Positions 1 to 12,397 of a DNA stretch of 64,000 bases are shown piece after piece. The notes beneath the pieces are model-generated. The model had not been told where the DNA came from. It searched no databases and was given only the letters and a program-made list of their open reading frames with translations. Origin of the DNA: Mobula hypostoma. Taxonomy: Eukaryota. Numbering within the stretch: position 1 is the stretch's first letter; each line of letters begins with the position of its first letter. The stretch spans positions 17,796,001-17,860,000 of the forward strand of contig NC_086109.1 of the NCBI RefSeq assembly GCF_963921235.1, written 5' to 3'. Position numbers and translations under genes: made by a program.

Positions 1-262
1 AATTCAAGCAACACACACAAAATACTGGGGGACTCAGCCGGCCAGGCAGCATCTAGGAAAAAAAAATGGAGTTGATGTTTTGTGCTGAAACCCTTCAGCA
101 ATGCTGTCTGGTTTATAAACCTTAAACACAAGAAATTCTGCAGATGCTGGAAATCAGAGCAACACACACAAAATGCTGGAGGAAGTCAGCATGTCAGGCA
201 GCATCTATAAAAAAAATTCAACAATCGACACTGGGCTGAGACCCTCCATCAGGGCTGGAAGG
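1..262 (-). repeat. Two degenerate Penelope-like terminal-repeat (pLTR) remnants
   Basis: Match to the CTGCAGATGCTGG...GGAGGAACTCAGC...GGCAGCATCT repeat that terminates the Penelope-like element at 18530-20367; hammerhead part decayed. Confidence 0.75.
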
Positions 263-1519
263 AAACTCCTGACTTGATTTGCATCAATGAATTGCCTAGA
301 AAATACCAATCACATTGTATATAATGTCATATACGAGTATAATAAATTCCAGAGCATAGTTTAACCTAAAATTATTACATTTTAAATTTGTATTACAAGG
401 GAAATGAAAATTGCTCTGAATCACAAGCCTTTGCAGGTCAGCAAAAGTACACTAAAATTACTGAAAGGGAAAACTACACTGGGGGGAAAATCTAGGAAGA
501 TTTGTGCGTGGAAGCTGCAACCTGGAGTTCAAAACACTTCTTCAGTTCTATTTATGTAAATAGTTTTCCAGTAATAGGCAATGCAACTAAATGGAAGACT
601 TTCAAAACAAAGCTGTTTACTATATTGTTTACTGTTTACCTGTGATACACATTACATACACTGAATTATATTTTATTAATTTGTATTAATATTTTGTTTT
701 ATGTGCTATGTGTGATATAGGTCTTGTGAGCACACAGTGGTCCTGAGGAATGTTGTTCTGTTTGGTTGTATATAACCTATAGTCAGTTGACAATAAACTT
801 GAACAAATTACTGCTAGGCCAAAAACCCAGAAAGTGTGGCAAAAATGCAGCAGCTCTGGCAATTTCTTTTGATAGCGTTAACATTTCAGGTTGGCAACAT
901 TTCACCAGAACAACCAAAATTCAAATATATAGATTTTTTTTCTAAAAAACAAAATTCCAATAACTTCCTTTTCAAAATTAATATGCATAGTGTGGTTTGT
1001 AAATGAGCAGAATATTGCACAAATGCCTAGAACAACACACAAAAAGTTGGAGGAACTCAGCAAATCAAACCACATTTATAGAAGGAAATAAACAGGAGAC
1101 CCTGATTTAAAGTGATGGTCAGAAGATGCAAGAAATCTTTCTCTAGATGTAGACCTGAAACTTTCCTAAAAGGTAATGTTAGAGTTTCCAAAGATGCAAT
1201 TTGATAAGGATGCAAGGATAAGTAACTTATGGGGAATTGGGTAAGAAGGAGATGAATGCGAATGATTCTATTGCTTTACAATAATCCACTAATCTTAATA
1301 CACCCATAGCTAACTGGATATTAACACTTTACCTCATCAAATAAAGTAATCGCCTGTATTAGATGAAATGATAATTTATTTTAAGGGCAATTTACTTTAA
1401 ATAAAAAAATAGGGTGGCTGTTAATTGTTATCCCATGTAAGGCAAAATTTTAAAAATGTAATCCTACTTTTTTTCCCCATTCTCCAGCAATAATTTATGT
1501 TAGCTGTGTTTCCTGAATC

Positions 1520-2570
1520 CACGTGTCTGTAATGCTGTTGTAAATTTTTCATTAGACCCATACCTCACCGTACATGAAAATAAAACTCGATTTGACCGTT
1601 CTGTATTTTTTTTTAAAAGTGCTAAACCGAAATGAAGAGACTGTAGATGGTGGAACATAGCGCAACCGTCCGCTGGCGAAACTCAGCGGGCCGAGCAGCA
1701 TCTGAGGGGAGGAAAAGAACTGTAGACATTCGAAACCCTGCATCAGGACGAGTTAACAATCCCTTCCCCCGCCCTGCTGTTGCTCAACCCTTCGCATTTT
1801 TCCAGCGGATTGTTGGCTAAACCGAAGGAAGAGTTAAAACTTTCTTAAGTGCCAATAACTTAGAAGACATAACACAGGCCTTACGATAAAAAAAAACTAC
1901 AATTGAAAGTATTTAAAATAACGACTAACCTGAACACTGAAAGACTTTTCTTTCCCTCAGCACTTCGAAACTTTATGAACTTCCCCTAGGCTTTAGTCAT
2001 CTGCCATTTAAAACCGACAAAAACCGGACAACCGGCAATACCACTCCGAACAGAGGGGAGCATCCACCGTATAAACTCCATCATATGAACAAATTCTGGC
2101 ACCGCTATGTCTGATTTCTTTCCTATTGCAGACCTTTATGTCCTTATTAAAGTTTTAAATCATTCTAAAGAGGGCCAGTTCAAATGGGTTTAAAACTAGC
2201 GAGAGATTAATTTCGTAGACACCCAATTCAAGTGGCATCGCTCAGTTTGAGCGCGATTTTGATGTCGGCTTGGTGTTCGTAGGTGGGGTTTCGCTTCTCT
2301 TAATTGCTTGTTGTTTTGCTTTGTCTGTTTCTGAGAAATTTTAACTATTGTGTTCGAAAAATGTGTTGAACCGTCGCTGGTTGCGAGTTGTATTGAACGT
2401 TGAATTTTTTGCTGAAAGCTAGGTTTTAAAAAAAATCTGCGCTTTCTATGAGAGGGCGAGTTAGGATATTAAATTTCATTTGCTCACTGTTACTAATATG
2501 GTGTATTTACCATTCTTGTAATTGTAAATTTGAACGCTTTCATCACCTTAGAATGAGTCACTCTGGCCGT
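1520..2570. promoter_or_regulatory. CpG-rich (non-methylated-island-like) region, candidate promoter, possibly bidirectional
   Basis: Visibly higher CpG density than the CpG-depleted background, mostly in non-repetitive sequence; minus-strand donor CAG|GTTAGT at 1930/1929 and weaker plus-strand donor TAG|GTGGGG at 2282/2283 point away from each other. Confidence 0.5.
1930..2100 (-). other. Candidate non-coding first exon of a leftward gene (5' end approximate)
   Basis: Ends in a good splice donor (TTCAG|GTTAGT) inside the CpG-rich region; contains only a tiny ORF ATG GCA GAT GAC TAA. Confidence 0.35.
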
Positions 2571-2899
2571 GGAGTCTCTTGTTATTTGGTGTTCCCTATA
2601 AATAACCAATTAGTTATTTATGAATTGTACTTTTTATGATTTAAAAACTACTTAATTAAAAATATGTAAACTATATAAACAAGTGTTCAAGTCAAAATCA
2701 CAGTAATGTTACTCTATTACTTAACAAATTATCAATTAGCGTTCATTTACAACGTTAAAGTAAATAATTTATGAGTTTAAACACAACCGATTTATAGATT
2801 CAAACAACAGGAATTCTGCAGATGCTGGAAATTCAAGCAACACACATCAAAGTTGCTGGTGAACGCAGCCGGCCAAGCAGCATCTGTAGGAAGAGGTGC

Positions 2900-2935
2900 A
2901 GTCGACGTTTCAGGCCGAGACCCTTCGTCAGGACT
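2900..2935 (-). ncRNA. Minimal type I hammerhead ribozyme, intact core
   Basis: Minus strand reads AGUC CUGACGA A GGGU-CUCG-GCCU GAAA CGUC GACU. Confidence 0.85.
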
Positions 2936-3000
2936 AACTGAAGAAAGATTGAGTAAGGGACTTGAAACTTTCAAATCCCTTACTCACTCTTCCTTCAGTT

Positions 3001-3036
3001 AGTCCTGACGAAGGGTCTGTGCCTGAAACGTCGACT
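3001..3036 (+). ncRNA. Minimal type I hammerhead ribozyme, intact core (predicted cut after 3032)
   Basis: AGUC CUGACGA A GGGU-CUGU-GCCU GAAA CGUC GACU. Confidence 0.85.
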
Positions 3037-3214
3037 GCACCTCTTCCTACAGATGCTGCTTGGCCTGCTGCGATTTATAGATAGGAGAGCTTTATTTACT
3101 TGGAGCTAAAGGGAAATTTGGAAAAACTCTTTCAGCCCAGATGAAGGCTCATCACCTGAAATGCCAGCAGTCCATTTCCCCATTTCCCTGTATGGATTCT
3201 GCCGGATCTATTGA

Positions 3215-3778
3215 GTCCCATTCCCATTCTGATATGTCTATCCACGGCCTCCTCTACTGTAAAGATGAAGCCACACTCAGGTTGGAGGAACAACACCTTA
3301 TATTCTGTCTGGGTAGCCTCCAACCTGATGGCATGAACATCGACTTCTCTAACTTCTGCTAATGCCCCACCTCCCCCTCGTACCCCATCCGTTATTTATG
3401 TACACACATTCTTGCTCTCTCTCCTTTTTCTCCCTCTGACTACACCCCTTGCCCATCCTCTGGGTTTCCCCCCTCCCCCTTTTTTTTCTCCCTAGGTCTC
3501 CTGTCCCATGATCCTCTCATATCCCCTTTGCCAATCACCTGTCCAGCTCTTGGCTCCATCCCTCCCCCTCCTGTCTTCTGTCATTTTGGATCTCCCCCTC
3601 CCCCTCCCACTTTCAAATCTCTTACTAGCTCTTCTTTCAGTTAGTCCTGACGAAGGGTCTCAGCCCGAAACGTCGACTGTACCCCTTCCTAGAGATGTTG
3701 CCTGGCCTGCTGCGTTCACCAGCAACTTTGATGTGTGTGGCTTGAATTTCCAGCATCTGCAGATTTCCTTGTGTTTGT
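3215..3778 (+). mobile_element. 5'-truncated Penelope-like element: end of GIY-YIG domain, pyrimidine-rich 3' region and pLTR, nested in an older pLTR
   Basis: Peptide SHSHSDMSIHGLLYCKDEATLRLEEQHLIFCLGSLQPDGMNIDFSNF nearly identical to the C-terminus at 19808-19950; followed by a complete pLTR. Confidence 0.9.
3643..3678 (+). ncRNA. Minimal type I hammerhead ribozyme, intact core (predicted cut after 3674)
   Basis: AGUC CUGACGA A GGGU-CUCA-GCCC GAAA CGUC GACU. Confidence 0.85.
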
Positions 3779-6700
3779 GCTGTTGAGTTCCTCCTTTAGT
3801 TTGTTTTTTGTTCCATCATCTGCATTTTTTTGGGTCTCAACTTTATTTACCTATTTGCAATGCTTACAACAATTTTAGATTATAACGTGATCCTTGTTCA
3901 GGGTGCACTCTAGTCCCTATGATGCCCACAGGAAGGCCTTCAATTATACTGCGTTTACTGCAGACTCCAATAATATATGTATCTTGGAAGAGGGATAGGC
4001 AATGAATAGTCTACTTGATGGCTTGCCTGGACTTGTGAATGGCAACACTTGGCAAGGCTTGAACAAGGAGGAGCTCTGACCTACCCATTCTAACCTGCCA
4101 TTCCTTCTGCATCGAATGCCCAAAAATCAGGATTGTGACACTGAAGTGCAACCAGAACTTAGAAGAGCAGCGTCTTCATATACACAAACAGGGGCTGTGG
4201 TCTCTTATCTTCCATGTGAGCATAGAAGATAGATTCTTTTGGACTGTAGAATTGGCAAGTGACCCAGGAGTCCATAAATCAGCTCAATATCTGTCACATG
4301 GACTGCTCTGTTACTTTATACACACAAATGGTAGTGAATTTGCACATGGAAATGTCTTGTTGACATCAGCCAGCTGAATGACCAATGCTTTTATTTTGTG
4401 ACTAAAAGCAGAAAGTACTTTTCTGTAAAATTCAGCCACTTGGAGAGCATATGCAGAGAGATATATTTGTGGAGAGTTCCATGATGTGTTGTCAAAAATT
4501 AGTTTGTATCTAGATTTATAGAATTAAGCAGTATAGAAACAAGCCATTTGGCTAAACTCATCCATGACATCAAAGATGCCTAATCAAACTAATCCCATTT
4601 GTCTGTGTTTGGCCTACATCCCTGAAATACATAGATGTATTGTTAGTTCTTTGGAAATACAATTTTATTTAAATGCCATAACACAACAACCTCCCACTTG
4701 CCATGAAGTGCCATATACTATTGTTACACACTTGTCCATTTCCCTCCATAAATGTTGCCTGACTCTCTGAGTCCCTCTTGTGTGTTGCTCCAGCTTACAG
4801 CATCTGCGATCTCCTGTGTCTTCATATACTGTAACTACAGAACGTGGAGGATGGCTGCTGTACCTCATTGACTTCCCTTTGGTCCATGCGCAATAATTTA
4901 CAGCCATGGGAATTTACTCTTCCTATTCTGCTTGTTTGGTGTATGCAATATGAATGAGAGCCTTAAATTTATTTTACTGGTTGGATCATTTGTTTTCCCA
5001 TGCATCAAATCTGCTTGCATTTTCCAAGTGGTCTCCCATCCAAATACTGACTACTTGCACCATTCCACATCTTCAGGCCAAATCTGAGATTCCAGTGTAG
5101 AGTCATAGAGTACAGAAACATGCCCCTTTACTATTAATTGCTTTTCTGCATTAATCCTTTTACCAGCACTTGGCCCGTAGCCTTCTATGGTTTGGTAATT
5201 CAAGTGCTCGTCTAGATACTTTTTCAATGTTGTGAGAGTATCCACTTTCACCACCGTCTCAGGCAGTGTGTTATATCATGTTTTTCTGTTTTATTTGATG
5301 TAATTGGAAAAGTTAATTCAAGCTAATAAGGATACTTTATTAAAATAAAAAGCTTATTGTTAGGACATCCAATCTTACTATGGTTAGCTTCCATAATAAG
5401 CATTATTACAACAAGAGACTAATTGCTAACTGATGCATAAAATGTAAGTAAGACCAGGGAATTGATTGTGGATTTCAAGAAGGGGAAGTTGGGACAGCAC
5501 CAGTCTTCATTGAAGGACCAGTGGTGGAAAGGGTGAGCAGCTTTAAGTTCTTGAATGTCAACATCTCCAAGGATCCATCCTGGGCTCTTGGCATTCATTC
5601 ACGGTCTAATTATACCTTTTCCACTTTTTACTTTCCCAAAAAACAATTTGTCACATTCTACCGAGACCTGGCAATACAGAATACAATCTTTTCTGAAATT
5701 TCTCTTGTTCTGTTTTGATTCCAAAAGACATGGTGTACAGAGGTTAGAGTCTCCATAGGAGCAACCTACTTAGCTTTAGTCAGTCTCTCTATCTTAGCTT
5801 AAAGATTCTTTTAAGAAGCTGGTATGCTTGAGTGTGCTTCCTCTCAACTAGGATTTGATGTTATTTACTTCCTAGTTACAATGATAAATAACTACATATT
5901 TATTTGCCAATTTGGCAGCTGAAAATATTACTTACGTTAGTCTTCATGATCCTCTCATTGTATATGTATATCTGACTCGTCTGTCAAATTGTATTATTTC
6001 CAAGTATTGCACTGCACGTTTCAGTAGATTTTATACCTTATTCTGCATTGTTATTGTCTTATCTTATTCTATCTCACTGCACTGTATAATGATTTGATCT
6101 ATATAAACAGAATGCAAAACAAGCTTTTGACTGTATCTTTGTACGTGACAATAATAAACCAATACCAATATGACATGTTCGGATCCATTACACGTCATAT
6201 CTCTTGTTTCTTGGTGTTCATAACCTTCATTAAAGTCTAGCAGGCTTCAGTATGGTTTCGATGTACATCAAAGGCATATACCTCATCAATTTCAGTTGCA
6301 GTGCCTCAGGTTTCGTAGCATGGTTTGGGGCTACAATACATATTAGTTAAATTTGTCTTTGCACAGTGGTTACATTAAATGGGTATTCATTCGTGAACTT
6401 GCCTTGTTTGGCATTATGAGCTGTTACTGGCTTATGAACACTTATCGATGCCTGCATGCGAACAAGCTCCCATAATAGATTAAATTTAAAAAGTCTGCCA
6501 TAATTATATACATTTATTCCTAGAAGTCTCAGAACTAGTTTTTTTTCTCTTTTTTCACTTTTAGTAGTTGTTCTTTCTTATCAGTCTTATAGTTTATGAT
6601 GCCATTCAATACAATACTGAGGAGGTATGGTTACCATATCGAGTGGTTAGTGTATTTTCTGACTAGTGGACAAAAGGAACTTTTATAGACGTCTGTAAAA

Positions 6701-6999
6701 ATGGAACCCATTTATTATTTGGGGATTGCCTGTAGCCACATTGGTTTCAAACAATTGCCCCAAATCTGCTTGCATGGCTCATCTCATCTGCCATAAATTT
6801 TTTAATGTCCTTCTGTGCACCATTTTTAGAAACGATTTTCCAATCCACATTGCATATTATATGTAGCACATTTTTTTCCTCTGCAATTGATGTTTACTGT
6901 CCACAGTAGAATATCTAAGCACCTTGGGTAGTACTTTCTCCTTACTCTCTTCTGTCTTGTTGTACTTCATTCTGTTGGCATCCAACACATCTAACCTGG

Positions 7000-7637
7000 T
7001 AAACACAAAATAATCTGCAGATACTGGGGTCAAAGCAACACTCACAACACGCGGGTCAGGCAGCATCCATGGAAAAGATCGGTTGACGTTCCGGGCCTGA
7101 ACCCTTTGTCAGGACTGTAGAGGGAAGGGGCAGAGGCCCTATAAAGAAGGTGGGGGGAGGGTGGGAAGGAGAAGGCTGGTAGGTTCCAGGTGAAAAACCA
7201 GTAAGGGGAAAGATAAAGGGGTGGGGGAGGGGAGGCAGGGAGGTGATAGGCAGGAAAGGTGAAGAAGGAATAGGGGAAAACACAATGGGTAGTAGAAGGA
7301 GGCGGAACCATGAGGGAGGTGATAGGCAGCTGGGGGAGGGGGCAGAGTGACATAGGGATAGGAAGGGAGGGGGAGGGAATTACCGGTAGTAACTCTATGT
7401 CACTCTGCCATAGAAACACCCATTGTGTTTTCCCCTATTCTATCTTCACCTTTCCTGCCTATCACCTCCCTGCCTCCCTTCCCCCACCCCTTTATCTTTC
7501 CCCTTACTGGTTTTTCAGCCTTCTCCTTCTCACCCTCCCCCCACCTTCTTTATAGGGCTTTTGCCCCTTCCCTCTACAGTCCTGACGAAGGGTCCCGGCC
7601 CGAAACAGCGACCGATCTTTTCCACAGATGCTACCCG
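7000..7637. mobile_element. Fold-back non-autonomous Penelope-like insertion (second subfamily), both hammerheads mutated
   Basis: 7060-7290 is the reverse complement of 7419-7637; TSD ACATCTAA(C/T)CTGG at 6987-6999 and 7638-7650; cores read CUGACAA..GGAA (minus) and CUGACGA..GAAACAGC (plus). Confidence 0.9.
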
Positions 7638-8974
7638 ACATCTAATCTGGACTATAATGTCTGCACCTTGGCATTTCTGTGTAATTTTTTTTGTAATCGA
7701 GATTCTGCCTCATGTGAGAGTTAACCCCCTCCAGTTAAACACCTGGATTTCACAACATTTCAATTTCCAACAAACCTTCAGATCTATAAATTATCTTTGA
7801 TCTTCTTATTTGTTTAAAGATGCTAAGATTGTATCAAGGAATTCTCCCAAGTCCTACTGCATGTAAAGAAATTATAGGATTCAATTGTTTCATTTTAAGT
7901 GGGTTGCAATTTATTTATAATGCCTCTAATACATTCTTCAGGGTCTTATTTGGCCCCATGGTTTGGTATAATTCTCTCATCTTTTATTCAATGAGGTACA
8001 GTATTTTTTGTCTGCCCTGCTAATTCAATCTATATCTGCAAACTCTTCCTTCTATTACTCCCTCCATGAGGGTAGATTCAACTTAAAACATTGACGTTTT
8101 TCTTTTCATTAATGTTGGCTGACCTGCTGAGTGTTTACAATATTTTATCATCAGGTTTACAGCATCTGCAGTTTTTGACTGTCAACCGAGAAAATATCCA
8201 AAGAATTTCATGGGTGGGTTATTCAAACATATTGAAGATTGAGGCAGAATAAAATATTTATTCATTTTCAGGATTTTGTCATCAATGGCAAGACCGGAAT
8301 TTAATGCCCATCCCTAATTATCCTTGAGAAGGTGGTGATAAATTGCCTTCTTCAACTTCTTCAGTCCTGCTCATAAAGATGCTCCCACATCTTGGATAGG
8401 GATTCCAGAATTTCACTCTGACAACTATAAAGAAACAGCAATATATTTCCAAGTCAGGAAGGTTAATGACTTGGAGGGACCTCTTAAAGAAGAAGAGGAA
8501 TGAGGCCAGGTTTGGGCAGATGATTTCAGAATCCAAAGCCTTAGCTGTTGAAGAGGCCCATTACTAACAGGACAGTTTTTCTTGCTAAAGGTTATTCATT
8601 AAAATGGATTTCTCCCCATTGATCCTTCTCAAGATTTCTATCATTTTATCTTTCATTTCAGATTGAAAGATGTTTGAGGCCAGATTGAAGATACCTTTAA
8701 AGTTACAGGACTGGAGGTGGTTAAGGCAATAAGGATAGGAAGGTTGAGATTGGTGAAGGGTTTGAAAGATGGGACTTGGAAACTGAGGCATCACTTAGCT
8801 GGAAGAAGAAGTAGGATGTGGTGGATGAATGGAACCTGGATTTAAAATATCGGTAGCATGAGAGCTTTAAATCGAGCTTACAGAAGTAAAGGTCAGAATA
8901 ATGGAAGGGTCAGCTTGGAGCACTAGTTCAGGCAAATGCGAGTTCAGGTGAAGATTCCAGGTGGGAATATAACA

Positions 8975-11715
8975 TAGCAACAGACACAAGATGTTGGAGG
9001 AACACTTATGGATATTAATAGATGATGTTTCAGACTGAGACCCTTCTTCAAGATTGAGAAGGAAGGGGGGAGATGCCAGAATAAAAAAGATAAGGAGAGG
9101 GGAATTAGACTAGCTAGAAGGTGATAGATGAAGCCAGGTCACTGGGAAACGTCAACAGCTGGAGAAGAAGAAATCTGATTGGAGAGGAGACCGGACCATG
9201 GGAGAAAGGGAAAGAGGAAGGCACCCAGGAGAAGTAATAGGCAGCTGAGAAGAAGTAAAGTCAGAGTGGGGAATAGAGGAGGTGGGGAGGGGGAAATTTG
9301 TTTACTGGAAGGAGAAATCGAAGTTCATGCCACAGGTTGGAGGTTACGCAAATGGAATATAAGGTGTTGCTCCTCCACTCTGAGGGTGGACTCATCTCAG
9401 CACAAGAGGAGGCCAGGTACCCACATGCCAGAATGGGAATGGGAATGAAAATGCTTAGCCACTGGGAAGCCCTGCCTGTGATGAATTGTGCAGAGTTGCT
9501 CGACGAAGCAGTCACCCAACTTATGATGGATCTCACCAATGTAGAGGAGGCTGCATTGGGAGCACCGATGAGACGACCCCAGCAGATTTACAGTTGAAGT
9601 GTTGCCTGTCCTGGAAGGACTGTTTGGGGTTCTAAATGGAGGAAGTATATGAGCACTTAGGCCACTTGCAGGTTGTGTCAGGAGGGAGATTAATGGGTAG
9701 AGATCCCTGTGGAAAGCCAGGTGGAGGGTGGAGGTAAAGATATGTTTAGTGGTAGGATCCCTTTGGAGATGGTGTAAGTTGCAGAGGATACTGTGTTGGA
9801 TGCAGATGCTGATGGGGTGGTACGTAAGGAGAAGAGGAGCTCTATCATTTATACGGGGGATGATGTGGTGAGTAAGCACGTACAAGAAATGGAGGAGATG
9901 TTGGTGAGGGCAGCATCAATAGTGGGTGGAGGGAGACCCTGTTCTCTGATGTCCTGGAACGGAAAGGCATTTCCTGGGAACAGACGCAAAGAAACTGAGA
10001 AAAGGAAATATCAGTTTTGCAGAAGTTAGGGTGGGAAGGGGTATACTGTGGGAATCAGCAGGTTTATAAAATATGTCATTTGACAGTCTGTTTCTCAGAG
10101 ATTGAGAAAGGAGAGAGCGGTGTCAGATATGGACAAAGTAAACTTAAGAGTAGAGTGGAAGTTAGAGGCAGAGTTGATAAATTTGACGAGCTCAGCATGG
10201 TGTTTGAAGCAGCGCCAATGCAGTCATCAATGTAGTGGAGGAAGAGTTGGGGAGTATAACCAGGGAAGGGAAGACTTCGAAGATGGACTGTTTGATATAG
10301 CCAGTGAAGAGGCAGACATAGTGGAGGCCCATGTGGGTGCCCATGGCTACCCCTTGAGTTTGGAGAAAGTGGGAGGAGTCGAAGGAAAAATTGTTCAGCA
10401 TGAGGACCAGTTCTGTCAGGTGAAGGAGGATGGTGGTGGAGGGGGATTGTTGGTTCTTTTGTCAAGAAAGAAGTGGACAGCCTTGAGGCCATCTTGATGG
10501 GGGATTGAAGTGTATAAGGACTGCACATCCATGGTGAAAATGGGGTGGTCAGGGCCAGGGAGTTGAAAGATACTGTGGAATATGAGGGCATGAGAAGTGT
10601 CACAGATGTAGATGTGAAGGGACTGAACCAAGGGGGACAGAATTGAATCGAGATATGAGGACACAAGTCCATGGAGCTGGAGCAGGCGGAGACAGTAGGC
10701 CTATCCAACCAGTCCGGTTTGTGGATCTTGGGTACGAGATAGAGGTGGGTAAGGAAGCTATGAGTTTGATGGGAGTTGTCCAGAGTGGATGATGATGGTG
10801 TCAGAGACAATTTTCTGATGGTCTGGAGTGGGGTTCTCTTCAAGGGGTAGGTATGAGGAGGTGTCTGAGAGTTTGCTGCCTGGCTTCAGCAATGTCGAGG
10901 TCAGTGCACCACATTACAATGACGCCCCCTTTGCGGGTTTGGTGGTGAGATTTGGATTGGTGCGGAGAGAGTGGAGGACAGTGTGTACAGAGAGGGTAAG
11001 GTCAGAAAAGAAGAGGGGAGTGCTGAAGTTGAGCTGGTTGATGTCTTATTGACAATTCAAGATGAAAAGATCCAGAGTAGGCAGAGAACCGGGGTGGGGG
11101 GGGGGTGGTGTCCAAGAGGAGGGTGGTTGACGACTGGAGAAGGGGTCATCTGTGTGGGGTGTGGAATCCCTGCCAAAGAAGTAGGCGACGGAAGAAGAGC
11201 CTGACATTGTGACAGGTGTGGAACCCACTAAGGTGTGGGCGAAGGGGGACAAAGGTGAGGCCCTTACTGAGGACAGAATATTCTGCCTCAGAGAGGGGAA
11301 GGTTGGAGGGAATTGTGAAGACACGACAAGGATTAGAACTGGGATCGGGGGGGGGAGAGAATTGGTGGTGAAGAGGAGAGAGGAATGTTGGGGTGTTCAG
11401 GGAAGATGGGGTGGGAGGTTCTGAGGAACATAGAATGTAAAATAGATAATGGTATGGATAAATAAACAGAACCTGGCCTTGGGATCAAACACGTCCAAGA
11501 TTGACAGCTGTCTTTTTGTTTAAGATGGCTGTTGCAGAGAGAATTGGGGAGTGAAGTTTTTTTTGTGGCAATTTGAAATCAGGGGTTTGTTCTTACTTCT
11601 ACTGTAGGGTATTTCATTGAAGACGTGACAATTCAGAGATGGGGTGAGAGGGGTTGATCAATATGTTGAATTACGTAGAACTAGCTGTTGTCAGTGCTCA
11701 TATGGAAACTGATGA
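8975..11715 (-). mobile_element. Degenerate near-full-length Penelope-like (Neptune-type) retroelement: N-terminal domain, RT, GIY-YIG, pLTR
   Basis: Frameshifted fragments LSEAEYSVLSKGLTFVP, YLVPKIHKPD..RP, IFTMDVQSLYTSIPHQDGL, NNFSFDSSHFLQTQGVAMGT, FLHYIDDCIG, RCSQCSLLYIGE; decayed pLTR at 8975-9060. Confidence 0.9.
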
Positions 11716-11717
11716 CA

Positions 11718-12397
11718 GAGTAGATTAGATTAGATTAGATTATGAGGACACTCAGTCCTCATTTATTGTCACTTAGAAATGCATGCATTAAAAAATGATA
11801 TAATGTTCCTCCAGAATGATATTACAAGAAAAACAGGACAAACCAAGACGAAAACTGACAAAACCACATAATTAATCACATATAGTTACAACAGTGCAAA
11901 GCAATACCATAATTTGATAAAGAGCAGACCATGGGCACGGTAAAAAAAAAGTCTCAAAGTCCCGATTGATTCATCATCTAACGCAGGCGGCAGAAGGGAG
12001 AAACTCTCCCTGCCATGAACCTCCAAGTGCCGACAACTTTCCGATGCATTGGAAGCACCCGACCGCAGCTGACTCTGAGTCCATCCGAAAACTTCGAGCC
12101 TCCGACCAGCCCCTCCGATACAGCTTCTCTGAGCACCATCCTCTGCTGGGTGCCTCGACCTCGCCCCGGCCACCAAGCAACAAGCAAAGCCGAGGACTCG
12201 GGGCCTTCCCCTCCGGAGATTCTGGACCACACAGTAGCAGCAGCAGCGAAGCGGGTATTTTGGAAGTTTCACCAGATGTTCCTCTGTGCTCTCACGTCCG
12301 TCTCCACCAAATCAGGATTGTGCACGGCACCCTACTTGACAAATAACAGACATCACCACCGGAGTGGCCGCTGCAAGCTGCGTTGCGCCACTATCTG
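11718..12397 (-). mobile_element. Non-autonomous retroposon (GC-rich 5' part fused to a Rex1/L2-type 3' tail)
   Basis: CpG-rich body, AATAAA near the 3' end and (TCTAA)n tail on the minus strand at 11721-11742; no credible ORF. Confidence 0.6.

Larger units (their letters stand above)
2800..3070. mobile_element. Fold-back non-autonomous Penelope-like insertion (two inverted pLTR arms)
   Basis: Left arm (~2800-2966) is the reverse complement of right arm (~2967-3070); 12-bp TSD CGATTTATAGAT at 2788-2799 and 3071-3082. Confidence 0.9.

Noticed and set aside
10076..10843. 255-aa ORF as an intact RT
   Set aside because: It alternates between in-frame and out-of-frame pieces of a frameshifted Penelope-like RT
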